Shown piece after piece: positions 24,301 to 37,072 of a DNA stretch of 64,000 nt (positions are counted from its first letter, which is position 1; the number at the start of each line of letters is the position of its first letter). The translations under genes and the position numbers were made by a program. The notes under the pieces were generated by a model. The model did not search any database. It was given only the letters and a program-made list of their open reading frames with translations, and was not told where the DNA came from. Source of the DNA: Guillardia theta CCMP2712 (taxonomy: Eukaryota; Protista; Cryptophyta); the NCBI RefSeq assembly GCF_000315625.1, contig NW_005434631.1, forward strand, positions 1 to 64,000. Reading direction: 5' to 3'.

Positions 24301-27300
24301 GATTCTTGTTCAAGCACGGCATTGAGAAGGTTCCATCCGAGAAATAGCAACTCCAGTCGTAGGTCAGCCCCTGGTCAACGCCTTTCTTCACGTCAAAGTC
24401 TCTTGAGCTGCTTGCATCCAACCGGAGCTCCGAAACCTCCGACATCTGGATCAGATCGCCGCCAGCTATCGCACCCATCAGCGGCAGGTTCCCTATTGTA
24501 AGAGTGAAGCTCGCCGTCGTAGAAACCGAGCTGTCTCCCTGCAGGCTCACGCTGACGTCAAACGTGTACGTGTTCCCAGCTTGTAGCTCATACTTGGGTA
24601 TCCAGAGCTGCGACGTGCTGCTCGGGACGTAGCTCGTAGACACGGCAACGCCGGAAGATTGCGACCACTGAAAGATCATGTCGTTCTTTGCTACTGGGCA
24701 TGATGAGAACACAGCGGTTGCAGTGATAGTGACATCCTGATCTACAAACGTTGATAAGGGTGACTGAGGCGTGAAGACAACAGTAGGGGAAGGGAAGGCT
24801 TTCTTGGTTATCGACGTCACCGCCTCCTTGCTTGAGAAACCCAAGAAGTCCTTCACTGTCACTCCGATCGTGTATGTCTTCCCCGTCGAAGCCATCTCAG
24901 CCACTCCAGCTTCAAATTGTATGATGCTCGTGCTTGGCAGCAAGCTTGCAAGGAATGTGTTCAGCCCATCGTCGTTGAGACACCGCCACGTGTAGCTCAG
25001 CTGTCGAGCGCTCTTAGCAAGGGCTCGCACTGTGAGAGGCGAGCAAGGGTCCACCTCTTGTGGGGCGCTGATCTGCACCGAGGGGTACAGAGGAGAAAGA
25101 GGTTTCTCGACCCTGACAGCAGCAAGCATGGGCATCGAGACTTGATTTACAGACCGGATGCCTCTGACGGTGATGAGCGAGCTTGGCAAGACGGTGGCGC
25201 CGGGAGAGAGGAAGATGTTGAAAGCTTGATCTGTGGTCCACACGCATCTCGGTGCCGTCTGGCCGAGCAGACCCGCCTCGCTCCCCACGAAGCCATCGCA
25301 CGAGGAGCCCGACGCCTGCATAAGGGACCGCCCGTCGGTTGCTTGATCCAGAGTCACGGTGATGAAGGCTGCGGTTGAGTCGAAGCTTGCTCGCGTCACC
25401 TTCGGGCTGGCCCAATACACAAAATCTGTGCGAGCAACGATCGATGGGTCAGACCTCATGGTCGCTTGAAATGTCACCGTCGACGACCCAGCCGATACTG
25501 TGCAAGCTGAGCATGTGTACTCGGGGGGATTAACAGAGATGATGACCATTGTAGTGTTGCATGAGACAACTGTAAAGTCTGCACGCAGTGAGCCTATCAT
25601 GATGACGAGCTGGTCTTGAGCCGCGCTCCTGGTGGTGAGAGGAATGTTCTTGATAGACGCTATCAGCGGCGACGGGTTCGTCACAGACGCTACGCATGAC
25701 CTGGACACGCACTTGAGCTCCCTCCTGTCATCGACCACCTGCATCTGGAAGGCCACCGTCCAGCTCAACATCGAGCTTTCACTCGTTCGAAGAGACACAG
25801 TACAGGCAATGCTGCCGATCCCTTGAATCGCCGGGATCTTCGTTTGGAATATCGCGCTGTGAGCGTCAACCACCGTCACCGAACGAAGTCCGCTGCTCGC
25901 GTCCACCACGCCTTCATCGCTTCCGAAGGTCACAACAAACCCAGCTGACCCTACAAATGTTCCATCCTTGGCGATGCTGACCGCTATCCAGTCTTCGATG
26001 TTTTCTACAGCCACTTCAACGATGTTGCCGTTCGACTGCTGGAGGTCTGACCAAGTCACGTACCCTGTCTGCGGAGACTTGCCGTTCCCGCACACGCCAT
26101 TCACGATACACATGCTCCCGGGATTGCACGTCCTACAGAAGCGCACGAGCTTCACGGCTGGAGTTGGCTTGTAATACGTGAAAGACGTCGAGGCTTCTCT
26201 GATGAAGCCTCTCAGCGCTCCTGTGTTCACCTGCCGTACACTGACGCTTGTTTGGCCCGAGTTCATGCCTCCCAGCACAGCAGATGCCGGAGGTACGACG
26301 ATCTGCATCTCTGTGTAGGCACTTGTACTTGTCAGCCGCACAATCCCACAGTACAAGCTGCAGGACGGCAGCACACACTGGCATTCGACGCTCCCGAACT
26401 TCAACGACACCTCTGCTGGAGACTTTACGATGGGGAAGTTGACGATGGTAAGGGTTGTCATGTATGCTTGGTCTCCCACTAGGCTCGGGTACGTCCTACC
26501 CTGTGACGTCGCCACGTTGGGTACAAGGCTTGAGATCGCAGGTCTGTTCACGTAGTCGAAGTAGAACTTTGCCGATGAGAGGTCATAACCATTCCCTACT
26601 ACCCCTATCGCACTTCCAATGCTTTGAGCTGCCGGTGCAACATACGACAAGTAAACATAGTTCCAGGGCGAGGAGTACTGACGTAGAGTCCATCCTACTA
26701 TCTGCGTGCTCTGCACGGAAACACTCAAGTTGCCAGGTGAGGGCAGCAGCCCCCAGGCTGACACGTTCATCTGGATGCCTCCGTCTACCGGACAATCGAC
26801 TGGATCCACTTGAGCTTGCGGAATCAGATACGCGAAGTCATTATATTGCACCTTCTTGGTGCCGTTAGCGATCTCAACGCTGCAAGCACCTGGTAGAAAC
26901 GAGGGAGGGACAACAAAGCTGAGCTGAAGCAGTCCGTTGACAACACCGAGCACTACGCTAGCAGTACTCGAAGAAACCGATCTCACGGTGAAGGTGATAT
27001 TGATCCCTGCTTGCTCAGCCGTGCATTGCGAAGAGGCACATGGAGGCATAAAGTTCTCAACCAAGATGCTGGCCCTGGAAGATTGAGCTTGGCAGCTGAC
27101 ACTGCTTGGCTGCTTGCAGATGTACTGCGAAGAAGGTTGGAAGAGCCTAATCTTGGGAGCATTGCTCGCAACGTACTGAAAGTCAAAGGAAACCGTCTTG
27201 TACTGATACGTGACAGTGACCTGCGCTATCCCTACGTATCCCTGTAATGCTGGCATCAGGATATCTACGTCATGCACTGCACACTCCGGATACAAGCAGC

Positions 27301-30300
27301 TTGGGTTCTTTAGACTGATGCTCACTACACTGACCATCTTGACTTCATTCTGTGTGGTGTGCAGGCTGACATTCAGCTCTGTCACCGAAGTACCTGGTCT
27401 CAGGTAAGCAACCGTGAACTGAACTGCGGTATTCACGTCCGTCGGCCCTGATGTTGGATAGAAACGCATCAGTCTCGGAGGAGGAGTGTCTTGCACAGTG
27501 ATTTGCATCTTCGCTCCTCGAGCGCATAACACTTCTCCAGTACAGTCCTTAGCACCAAGTCCGTACAAGGCACAGACTTCGAGCGATGCCCGATAGCAAA
27601 CTGAAATCGATATCAACCCCACGGACCAACCCGACTTGGGGGCCGCTACACGTATCAGCAGGTTCGTGCTCTTGGAGTTTGACGCGAAGATGGTGCTGGT
27701 TGGCATGGACTGTTGACTTAGCGAGGAAGATGCTAAGCTATATAGGATTGACGAAGCATTGTAAGGGACCTTGAGCTGAGGTACGTTCACAAGCTCAGCT
27801 TGTAGAGTGAGATCATCTGTTCGCATGATGGTTGTCGGAGAGAATGATCGTACAGTTGCGTTCCCACTCAGCAAGCGAAGATATTGATACTGGAACGATG
27901 CCGTTCTGATTGCAGAACCCAAGGTCAACGTGAGGGTGACTGTTGCAAGCTGATCCTCATCGATTCTCACGGAAGGAATCGTCATCACTAGCGAGCCCGT
28001 GGAGCCTTGCAGGCTAGATCCTCTTGCTAGGCTCAAACTCTCCGTCGCAACAATCAGCTGGATGTCAGGAATCCTCAACATGATCTCGATGTCTGCAGGT
28101 TGAAGTGATGGGAAGTTACTAAACTCAACCAGCACCTTGTTCCCTCCAGTGGCCACACCAACAGTTTGATTCACAGATAGAATCGACGCGTCTGGAACCA
28201 ATACTTGCTTCACGCAGAATTGTGCGTCGCATTGTGCAGCAGACACGCCTTGCAGCAGCAACACATCTGGAACCTCCTGCAGACTACAAAATGTCTCATA
28301 GTTGCACGGCAGGTACGTTGCTACTGAGCGAAGGTAGCTGCTTACCCCTGAGCCATTCCACACCATCAGCTTCACCGTCGCATTGCCCAGTGAGCTCAGA
28401 GGCGCCAGCAGCACCTTCAGCCGTGTCCGATTGCAGTCTGGGACCCCGGGCTGGCACGTGGCTTCATTGGAAAGCGACACCACCTGTGATGTGTATCCAT
28501 TCACTGTGACATTGAGCTGACCAGCTTTCAAGTCTTGCGGACAGTTGGCAAGAAGCAACGTGACCTCCGTCCTGTAAGCAAGGGTTCGTCCAAATACTGA
28601 AGTCGACACTGGCACTCCATCGGGATTCATGCTGAGGATTCTCAAGGCAAAGCCGTCGAAGAAGGTATAGTCAAAGTTGACAGATTTTACGAGGCTTCCT
28701 GATGTGACGTTGATGGACACAAGCACGTGCTCTAAAGCTGGATACGCGGGCAACTTGACACGTATCCTTGTCACTTTATCGTCAACCCTGCTTGGAGGAG
28801 AGTCTATACTCGCTGCCATGGTCACACTTCCTTTGACCCCAGCAGTCAAGGCAGAGTAGGTCTCCCAAGGGAAGTTCACAAGGTATATGTCTTCATACAA
28901 GGATGCGCTTTGAGCACTTCCCTGAGTGGGTATTGGATTCACGATTCCAAGTACACTCATATCCTGCTGGAAAAAGCTGAAGCGACTTTGCTGGCAGCTT
29001 GCTCCACATCCGGTCGCTTTCATGACAACTGCAACCTCCCCCGGTGCAGTCGCAGGCGTGATGATGTTGAGAACGCACGAGAGTCGCGATGACAGTTTTG
29101 ATATTGAGACGGTTCCTGCAAGTCTGTCACACGTTGTTGCTGCTGGGGCATCAGCCAGGATGGTCGACCCGAATTGCACTGTGAGGCATTGTGACGGCAC
29201 ATCAATGCAGCTCTCGATGGCCGTGGGATACCGGAAGTATCCAATCTCCACCTTGATGGCTTGACATCCAGTGCTCGGGCCAGATGTTGCAGAAACTGAG
29301 TTGAGCTGTTGTGGTGAAGCAATGTACGTGTAGTTGAAACGCACAGCTTTGAGAAGGTTGCTTGTCGGTAGAATGCGAACTTCCACTGTCTGCTGCGCAT
29401 TCGATCCTACATCGAACGGCGAAGGAAACACTCTCACTTCCGTCACTTCAATCACAGACCTCAGCAAAAGCCAGTTGCTCGTCGACTGGTTCTTTCCTGC
29501 GATCTGTATTATCAGATTCTTCGTGGTCACCAAGGGAAAGTTTGCAATGCCAATGTCGATCGAGTTTCCTCCGGTATCCGGCCCCTGCGAGCTTGAGACA
29601 TATTGCACGTAGGGCTCCCTGTCGTCATAATAACTCACTGTGAAGCAGTTGCTCACATACGGCCTACACGCGGTATCGCATGACATCTGCTGACAACACG
29701 AAGTAGGACAATCTACAACCCCATACACCAAGATCCCTCCTACTGTCCCTGCTGAAACAACCCCTTCGATCATATTAGCTTGCACCTCAAATTTGATGAT
29801 TCCTGTACGAGTTTCGGCGTTCAAGGATACCAACAGAACAGGGAAGCAGTCCGAATAGCTAGTGCAGTTGTTGCGATACCGATATTTGCCCACCATGATT
29901 GTGTATTCAGAAGGCATGACCGATGAATCGATATTCTCTATGAAAAGAGACACCCTGGTAGTGGTGCTTCCCTTGGCCCTGATCGTATTCACACCAGTAT
30001 CGCCATACTCGTTCAGGATCAAGTAGATCCTCGCTTTTCTATCATTGAAGAATAGAAATGAGTCGAAAGTAGCTTTTGCATCAGTGTTCTTCACGTTCAC
30101 CATGCTTGTAGAGTATCTCTTATGATACACAATGACATTCGCGTAGCCAGGGGACACGGAATCACCGCTTGGGGATGACACATCGACGGTCATGGGACCG
30201 AGCATGTAAGACGCCTTCTGTCTCTGACAACTCTCCAGCCGTCCTGACAAAGAAGTCGCATTGGTCAGAGATGCGCTGACAAACAAGACTCCCACGTCCG

Positions 30301-33300
30301 TGCAGCCATTGCCTGCCGCGTCGGTCTCGGGAAAGTTTTGTATCGAGATTTGTATCCGCACTGGCTGCGACACTCCCCCTGTGGTGGGGAACATTGAAGC
30401 CACTTCAACGCTCGGAGCTGCAATGTACTGAAACTCCTGTAACTCCAACCGGAAAGTCGACGATCTCCGACTCAAGCTCCCAATGATTGTTGGCCTCACA
30501 GCAGCACTGGCAGACATCGGGGGCAGGAGAAACTGGATGGTCGCCAAGTTCGAACAGAACGGCGAAGCCTCGTATGTCACGCTTGACGCATCTATAGATT
30601 CGTTGGTTGGACTTATGACTATTCGCACAGCAGTGGCTGTGAGACCTGCAGGTACATTTGATAGTCGCACAATGTATGGAGTGTAGGAGAACCGATACCC
30701 CGACGAAGGAAAGGAATCAATCAATGTCACTGCTGTCTGGCTGATCAATTCTACCAGGAAGCTTGTGTTGCGAACACAAGGCGAATGCTGGCAAAGCATG
30801 ACGTCGATGCCGTATACACCCATCAAGCTTGGACCAGATTCTATCACCACATCCAATGAGATGATCTGCTTGCTGGTATCGTACTGCGGAGAAAGAGCCG
30901 TAGTATTCATGGAAGGCGAAGAGACTCTAGTGATAGGAAGGTCCTCAATCTGAGGGGAGCGGATTACTATTCGAGCCACAAAACTTCGTCCACTGCATCC
31001 TGAAGATGGCGTCACACTCACAACAGACGGGAACTCCCAGCAAGTGCCTTTGCTTCCATTTCCGCATCCAGCCAAGTAAGTGCCCGGAGGACACTGGATC
31101 TCCGAGCATTCGTGACATACTCGATTCGAATATTGCGAACATGCAGAGTACTCGTACTGCGTGCCTGAACAAGCACGGCAGTCTGAACAGTTTGTGTTCT
31201 GGAACTTGGTGCAATTTGACGTCACGAATTGATTCGACAAACAGCGATGACACTGCGTACAAGTTCCTGCACTTCCATTGCCACAACCTTGAAGGTACTC
31301 ACCAACATTGCATGGCCTCAGGTTGCAATCTGAGCACACACGATCTGCACTTTGACTGCACGATGACACCTCGTACTGGAAGGAGGAACAAACCTTGCAG
31401 CCTAAACACTCTCCCATGGAACCGTTCCCACACCCACTTCGATAGAAAGCATCTGAACAACGCAATGACGAGCAGTTCAAACAAACTCGATTTGACAATG
31501 AGCTGCCCGCAGAAAGCTGATACTGACTTGGCGAACAGATGCGACAATCCTCACAGCTACCTATAAGCCCGAAGCCACAAGTTTGCAGGTAACGTCCAGC
31601 CCCACAAACAACATGACTACAGTTGCGACATGTCGTGTCTGACGTCCCGTTGCAGCCTCCGGCATGTACTCGCCCTCCCTGCACTCCCGACATCCCCGGC
31701 ACGTCCCTGCCAGCCCAAGCAAGAGTCAGTCTCCCCTCTCGGCCCTGCCCTGCCCTACTCCCTCTGACCCCTTGTCGACCTCGGTCCCCTGCGCCCAGCC
31801 CCTCCCCATCATCGTCCNNNNNNNNNNNNNNNNNNNNNNNNNNNNNNNNNNNNNNNNNNNNNNNNNNNNNNNNNNNNNNNNNNNNNNNNNNNNNNNNNNN
31901 NNNNNNNNNNNNNNNNNNNNNNNNNNNNNNNNNNNNNNNNNNNNNNNNNNNNNNNNNNNNNNNNNNNNNNNNNNNNNNNNGCACGCCTCTGCCGGGCACG
32001 CCCTGCACTCGCCCTCGCTGCCTCTCCCGCACCCGGCCAGGTACTTGCCGTCCTCGCAAGCGATCGCACTGCAGTTGCGACATGTCGTGTCTGACGTCCC
32101 GTTGCAGCCTCCGGCCTTGTACTCGCCCTCCCCGCACTTCCGACATCCCCGGCACGTCCCTGCCAGCCCAAGCAAGAGTCAGTCTCCCCTCCCCTCTCGG
32201 CCCTGCCCTGCCCTATTCCCTCTATCAGCCCCCTTCCTCGCTTGCCCTTGTTCTTCCGCTCCAAGCCTTTGCCCTCCCCGTCCCCTACTCTGGCCCTCCT
32301 CGTCTCTACCCTGCAGCTCCCACTGCTTGCTTACCGTTGCTCCGCCCTCCGCAGCCTGTCAAGTACTCCCCGGCCCTGCAGCTCCCGCACCCTGTGCACG
32401 TCCCGTTCGAATGACCCCCGCACCCGGTCAAGTACTCCCCGGCCATGCACGCCTCTGCCGGGCACGCCCTGCACTCGCCCTCGCTGCCTCTCCCGCACCC
32501 GGCCAGGTACTTGCCGTCCTCGCAAGCGATCGCACTGCAGTTGCGACATGTCGTGTCTGACGTCCCGTTGCAGCCTCCGGCCTTGTACTCGCCCTCCCCG
32601 CACTCCCGACATCCCCGGCACGTCCCTGCCACCCCAAGCAAGAGTCAGTCTCCCCTTTCCGCCCTGCCCGGCCCTACTCCCTCCGACCCCTTCTCGACCT
32701 CGGTCCCGTGCGCCCAGCCCCTCCCCATCACCGTCCCGTAATCTGGCCCTCCTCGTCTCTACCCTGCAGCTCCCACTGCTTGCTTACCGTTGCTCATGCC
32801 CTCCGCAGCCTGTCAAGTACTCCCCGGCCTTGCAGCTCCCGCACCCTGTGCACGTCCCGTTCGACTGACCTCCGCACCCGGTCAGGTACTCCCCGGCCAT
32901 GCACGCCTCTGCCGGGCACGCCCTGCACTCGCCCTCGCTGCCTCTCCCGCACCCGGCCAGGTACTTGCCGTCCTCGCAAGCGATCGCACTGCAGTTGCGA
33001 CATGTCGTGTCTGACGTCCCGTTACACGAAATGCTTTCAAATTGATTATCTGAACAACTTGAGCAAGACGTACATCGACCTGCAGCAAGACTAAACACGA
33101 CTCCCCTCCCCTCTCGGCCCNNNNNNNNNNNNNNNNNNNNNNNNNNNNNNNNNNNNNNNNNNNNNNNNNNNNNNNNNNNNNNNNNNNNNNNNNNNNNNNN
33201 NNNNNNNNNNNNNNNNNNNNNNNNNNNNNNNNNNNNNNNNNNNNNNNNNNNNNNNNNNNNNNNNNNNNNNNNNNNNNNNNNNNNNNNNNNNNNNNNNNNN

Positions 33301-36300
33301 NNNNNNNNNNNNNNNNNNNNNNNNNNNNNNNNNNNNNNNNNNNNNNNNNNNNNNNNNNNNNNNNNNNNNNNNNNNNNNNCCCGTTCGACTGACCCCCGCA
33401 TCCGGTCAGGTACTCCCCGGCCTTGCACGCCTCTGCCGGGCACGCCCTGCACTCGCCCTCGCTGCCTCTCCCGCACCCGGCCAGGTACTTGCCGTCCTCG
33501 CACGCGATCGCACTGCAGTTGCNNNNNNNNNNNNNNNNNNNNNNNNNNNNNNNNNNNNNNNNNNNNNNNNNNNNNNNNNNNNNNNNNNNNNNNNNNNNNN
33601 NNNNNNNNNNNNNNNNNNNNNNNNNNNNNNNNNNNNNNNNNNNNNNNNNNNNNNNNNNNNNNNNNNNNNNNNNNNCCTTCCTCGCTTGCCCCATCACCGT
33701 CCCCTACTCTGGCCCTCCTCGTCTCTACCCTGCAGCTCCCACTGCTTGCTTACCGTTGCTCTGCCCTCCGCAGCNNNNNNNNNNNNNNNNNNNNNNNNNN
33801 NNNNNNNNNNNNNNNNNNNNNNNNNNNNNNNNNNNNNNNNNNNNNNNNNNNNNNNNNNNNNNNNNNNNNNNNNNNNNNNNNNNNNNNNNNNNNNNNNNNN
33901 NNNNNNNNNNNNNNNNNNNNNNNNNNNNNNNNNNNNNNNNNNNNNNNNNNNNNNNNNNNNNNNNNNNNNNNNNNNNNNNNNNNNNNNNNNNNNNNNNNNN
34001 NNNNNNNNNNNNNNNNNNNNNNNNNNNNNNNNNNNNNNNNNNNNNNNNNNNNNNNNNNNNNNNNNNNNNNNNNNNNNNNNNNNNNNNNNNNNNNNNNNNN
34101 NNNNNNNNNNNNNNNNNNNNNNNNNNNNNNNNNNNNNNNNNNNNNNNNNNNNNNNNNNNNNNNNNNNNNNNNNNNNNNNNNNNNNNNNNNNNNNNNNNNN
34201 NNNNNNNNNNNNNNNNNNNNNNNNNNNNNNNNNNNNNNNNNNNNNNNNNNNNNNNNNNNNNNNNNNNNNNNNNNNNNNNNNNNNNNNNNNNNNNNNNNNN
34301 NNNNNNNNNNNNNNNNNNNNNNNNNNNNNNNNNNNNNNNNNNNNNNNNNNNNNNNNNNNNNNNNNNNNNNNNNNNNNNNNNNNNNNNNNNNNNNNNNNNN
34401 NNNNNNNNNNNNNNNNNNNNNNNNNNNNNNNNNNNNNNNNNNNNNNNNNNNNNNNNNNNNNNNNNNNNNNNNNNNNNNNNNNNNNNNNNNNNNNNNNNNN
34501 NNNNNNNNNNNNNNNNNNNNNNNNNNNNNNNNNNNNNNNNNNNNNNNNNNNNNNNNNNNNNNNNNNNNNNNNNNNNNNNNNNNNNNNNNNNNNNNNNNNN
34601 NNNNNNNNNNNNNNNNNNNNNNNNNNNNNNNNNNNNNNNNNNNNNNNNNNNNNNNNNNNNNNNNNNNNNNNNNNNNNNNNNNNNNNNNNNNNNNNNNNNN
34701 NNNNNNNNNNNNNNNNNNNNNNNNNNNNNNNNNNNNNNNNNNNNNNNNNNNNNNNNNNNNNNNNNNNNNNNTCCGGCCCTGCAGCTCCCACATTCTTTGC
34801 AAGTCCCACTGCTCTTCCCTCCGCAGCCTGTCAAGTACTCCCCGGCCCTGCAGCTCCCGCACCCTGTGCACGTCCCGTTCGACTGACCCCCGCATCCGGT
34901 CAGGTACTCCCCGGCCTTGCACGCCTCTGCCGGGCACGCCCTGCACTCGCCCTCGCTGCCTCTCCCGCACCCGGCCAGGTACTTGCCGTCCTCGCACGCG
35001 ATCNNNNNNNNNNNNNNNNNNNNNNNNNNNNNNNNNNNNNNNNNNNNNNNNNNNNNNNNNNNNNNNNNNNNNNNNNNNNNNNNNNNNNNNNNNNNNNNNN
35101 NNNCGCACTCCCGACATCCCCGGCACGTCCCTGCCAGCCCAAGCAAGAGTCAGTCTCCCCTCCCCTCTCGGCCCTGCCCTGCCCTATTCCCTCTGACCCC
35201 TTGTCGACCTCGGTCCCCTGCGCCCAGCCCCTCCCCATCACCGCCCCCTACCCTGGCCCTCCTCGTCTCTACCCAGCCCTCCCACAGCTTGCTTACCGTT
35301 GCTCCGCCCTCCGCAGCCTGTCAAGTACTCCCCGGCCCTGCAGCTCCCGCACCCTGTGCANNNNNNNNNNNNNNNNNNNNNNNNNNNNNNNNNNNNNNNN
35401 NNNNNNNNNNNNNNNNNNNNNNNNNNNNNNNNNNNNNNNNNNNNNNNNNNNNNNNNNNNNNNNNNNNNNNNNNNNNNNNNNNNNNNNNNNNNNNNNNNNN
35501 NNNNNNNNNNNNNNNNATTACTGGATCCATTGCATGGCTCAACAATAAACTCAGATTTAGAACACTCTAAACAAGATAAGCATTTCCCTGTGAGGAGATG
35601 TTAAAATCGTCAAGTTTTTGAAGCAAAGAAAACAAGACATACCATCTAATACGAATCCATTTGGGCATGACAACAAAAATTGACAGCGTAATCCCGTGTA
35701 CCCCTGGTAGCAGTCGCACCCGCCCGTCTGCCCGTTGCACCGGCCGTTCCCGCTGCAGTTCTTGAGCAAGTCGCACTCCTCCGTGCAGCTCGGCCCGTAG
35801 AGGTTCTTCCCGCATATGCCCGACCCGCCGCCGCCCGTCTCCTCTGAGCAGTCTGCTCCCGTGTACCCCTGGTAGCAGTCGCACCCGCCCGTCTGCCCGT
35901 TGCACCGGCCGTTCCCGCTGCAGTTCTTGAGCAAGTCGCACTCCTCCGTGCAGCTCGGCCCGTAGAGGTTCTTCCCGCATATGCCCGACCCGCCGCCGCC
36001 CGTCTCCTCTGAGCAGTCTGCTCCCGTGTACCCCTGGTAGCAGTCGCACCCGCCCGTCTGCCCGTTGCACCGGCCGTTCCCGCTGCAGTTCTTGAGCAAG
36101 TCGCACGCCTCCGTGCAGCTCGGCCCGTAGAGGTTCTTCCCGCATATGCCCGACCCGCCGCCGCCCGTCTCCTCTGAGCAGTCTGCTCCCGTGTACCCCT
36201 GGTAGCAGTCGCACCCGCCCGTCTGCCCGTTGCACCGGCCGTTCCCGCTGCAGTTCTTGAGCAAGTCGCACTCCTCCGTGCAGCTCGGCCCGTAGAGGTT

Positions 36301-37072
36301 CTTCCCGCATATGCCCGACCCGCCGCCGCCCGTCTCCTCTGAGCAGTCTGCTCCCGTGTACCCCTGGTAGCAGTCGCACCCGCCCGTCTGCCCGTTGCAC
36401 CGGCCGTTCCCGCTGCAGTTCTTGAGCAAGTCGCACTCCTCCGTGCAGCTCGGCCCGTAGAGGTTCTTCCCGCATATGCCCGACCCGCCGCCGCCCGTCT
36501 CCTCTGAGCAGTCTGCTCCCGTGTACCCCTGGTAGCAGTCGCACCCGCCCGTCTGCCCGTTGCACCGGCCGTTCCCGCTGCAGTTCTTGAGCAAGTCGCA
36601 CGCCTCCGTGCAGCTCGGCCCGTAGATATTTTTTTGGTCAAATTTCGTTTGTTTTCCCGTACAGGTTTTCTCTCTCCGGTGCTTGTGAGATTGATTGAGC
36701 AATCGGATCCTGTCCATCCTGGAAAGCAGTCACACGATCCCTGTGTACCGGTGCACCGGCCGTTCCCGCTGCAGTTCTTCATCATGTCGCAAGTTGCATT
36801 ACAACTTGTCATGTATGCATTCTTTCGGCAGACTTCGGTTGAATTTATGCCTTTGTTCTGCAATTGGATAGCAAGAATCTTCCTGGATCTTGGCATTTCC
36901 AATTTGAACGTATATCCCTTGAATGTTTCATGTATGGGAGATACACTGGTTGCTTTCCCCTGCCACAATAATGCATGTCATTTCCCTGTGCTCTTCACTT
37001 TCCTTATATTCTTACCTGTATATTCAGAGAAGTGATGATGATCACGAACAGGAACAGTGAGTTGACTTCCAT
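21359..37072 (-). CDS. Giant single-pass receptor, copy B, full gene model: signal peptide, EGF array, Cys-rich exon cassettes, IPT/TIG-like, REJ, GPS-like, TM. Apparent frame breaks at ~36630-36670 and 31664
   Basis: Exon 1 (37072-37016) encodes MEVNSLFLFVIIITSLNIQ. Introns at 37015-36960 and 35642-35588 (the latter joins the EGF array to GKCLSCLECSKSEFIVEPCNGS). Repeated exons span 31.7-35.4 kb across gaps. Long terminal exon ends at 21359 with TM INVVLICVLPCIAGTMCMCFACTYC. Confidence 0.8.
21819..31722 (-). repeat. Right arm of ~9.9 kb inverted duplication
   Basis: Reverse complement of 121-10024 with scattered substitutions and two 1-bp indels. Confidence 0.97.
31620..35360 (-). repeat. 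Tandem array of exon+intron cassettes encoding Cys-rich (TNFR/furin-like) repeats
   Basis: Repeated exon GTCRGCRECGEGEYKAGGCNGTSDTTCRNCSAIACEDGKYLAGCG... with repeated phase-1 intron gtaagcaagcagt...gactgactcttgcttgggctggcag (e.g. 32334-32160); partly lost in N gaps. Confidence 0.88.
35695..36625 (-). repeat. Coding tandem repeat, 165 bp unit (~5.6 copies), 8-Cys EGF-like module plus Gly linker
   Basis: 55-aa unit ICGKNLYGPSCTEECDLLKNCSGNGRCNGQTGGCDCYQGYTGADCSEETGGGGSG; period 165 (35701 vs 35866). Confidence 0.95.

Noticed and set aside
121-31722. Giant inverted arms as transposon/viral terminal inverted repeats or as two haplotypes
   Set aside because: The arms are coding exon sequence, the interior holds ordinary host genes with no transposase/integrase, and the distinct tails join unique neighbours without a gap at either boundary. 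Mis-assembly is not fully excluded without reads.
31726-32155. ORF-track start MPGMSEVRGG of the 3598 aa ORF
   Set aside because: Wrong frame running through an intron and a gap; the true frame is the Cys-rich one and the start is at 37072.
33423-35570. Long ORFs of 200-620 aa
   Set aside because: Mostly translated N gaps.
35567-36601. Arg/Ala-rich alternative-frame repeat ORFs
   Set aside because: Open only because the 165-bp unit lacks stops in those frames.
35695-36625. CRISPR-like appearance of regular repeats (also 56338-57600)
   Set aside because: No unique spacers; in-frame protein-coding units in a eukaryotic gene; no cas genes.
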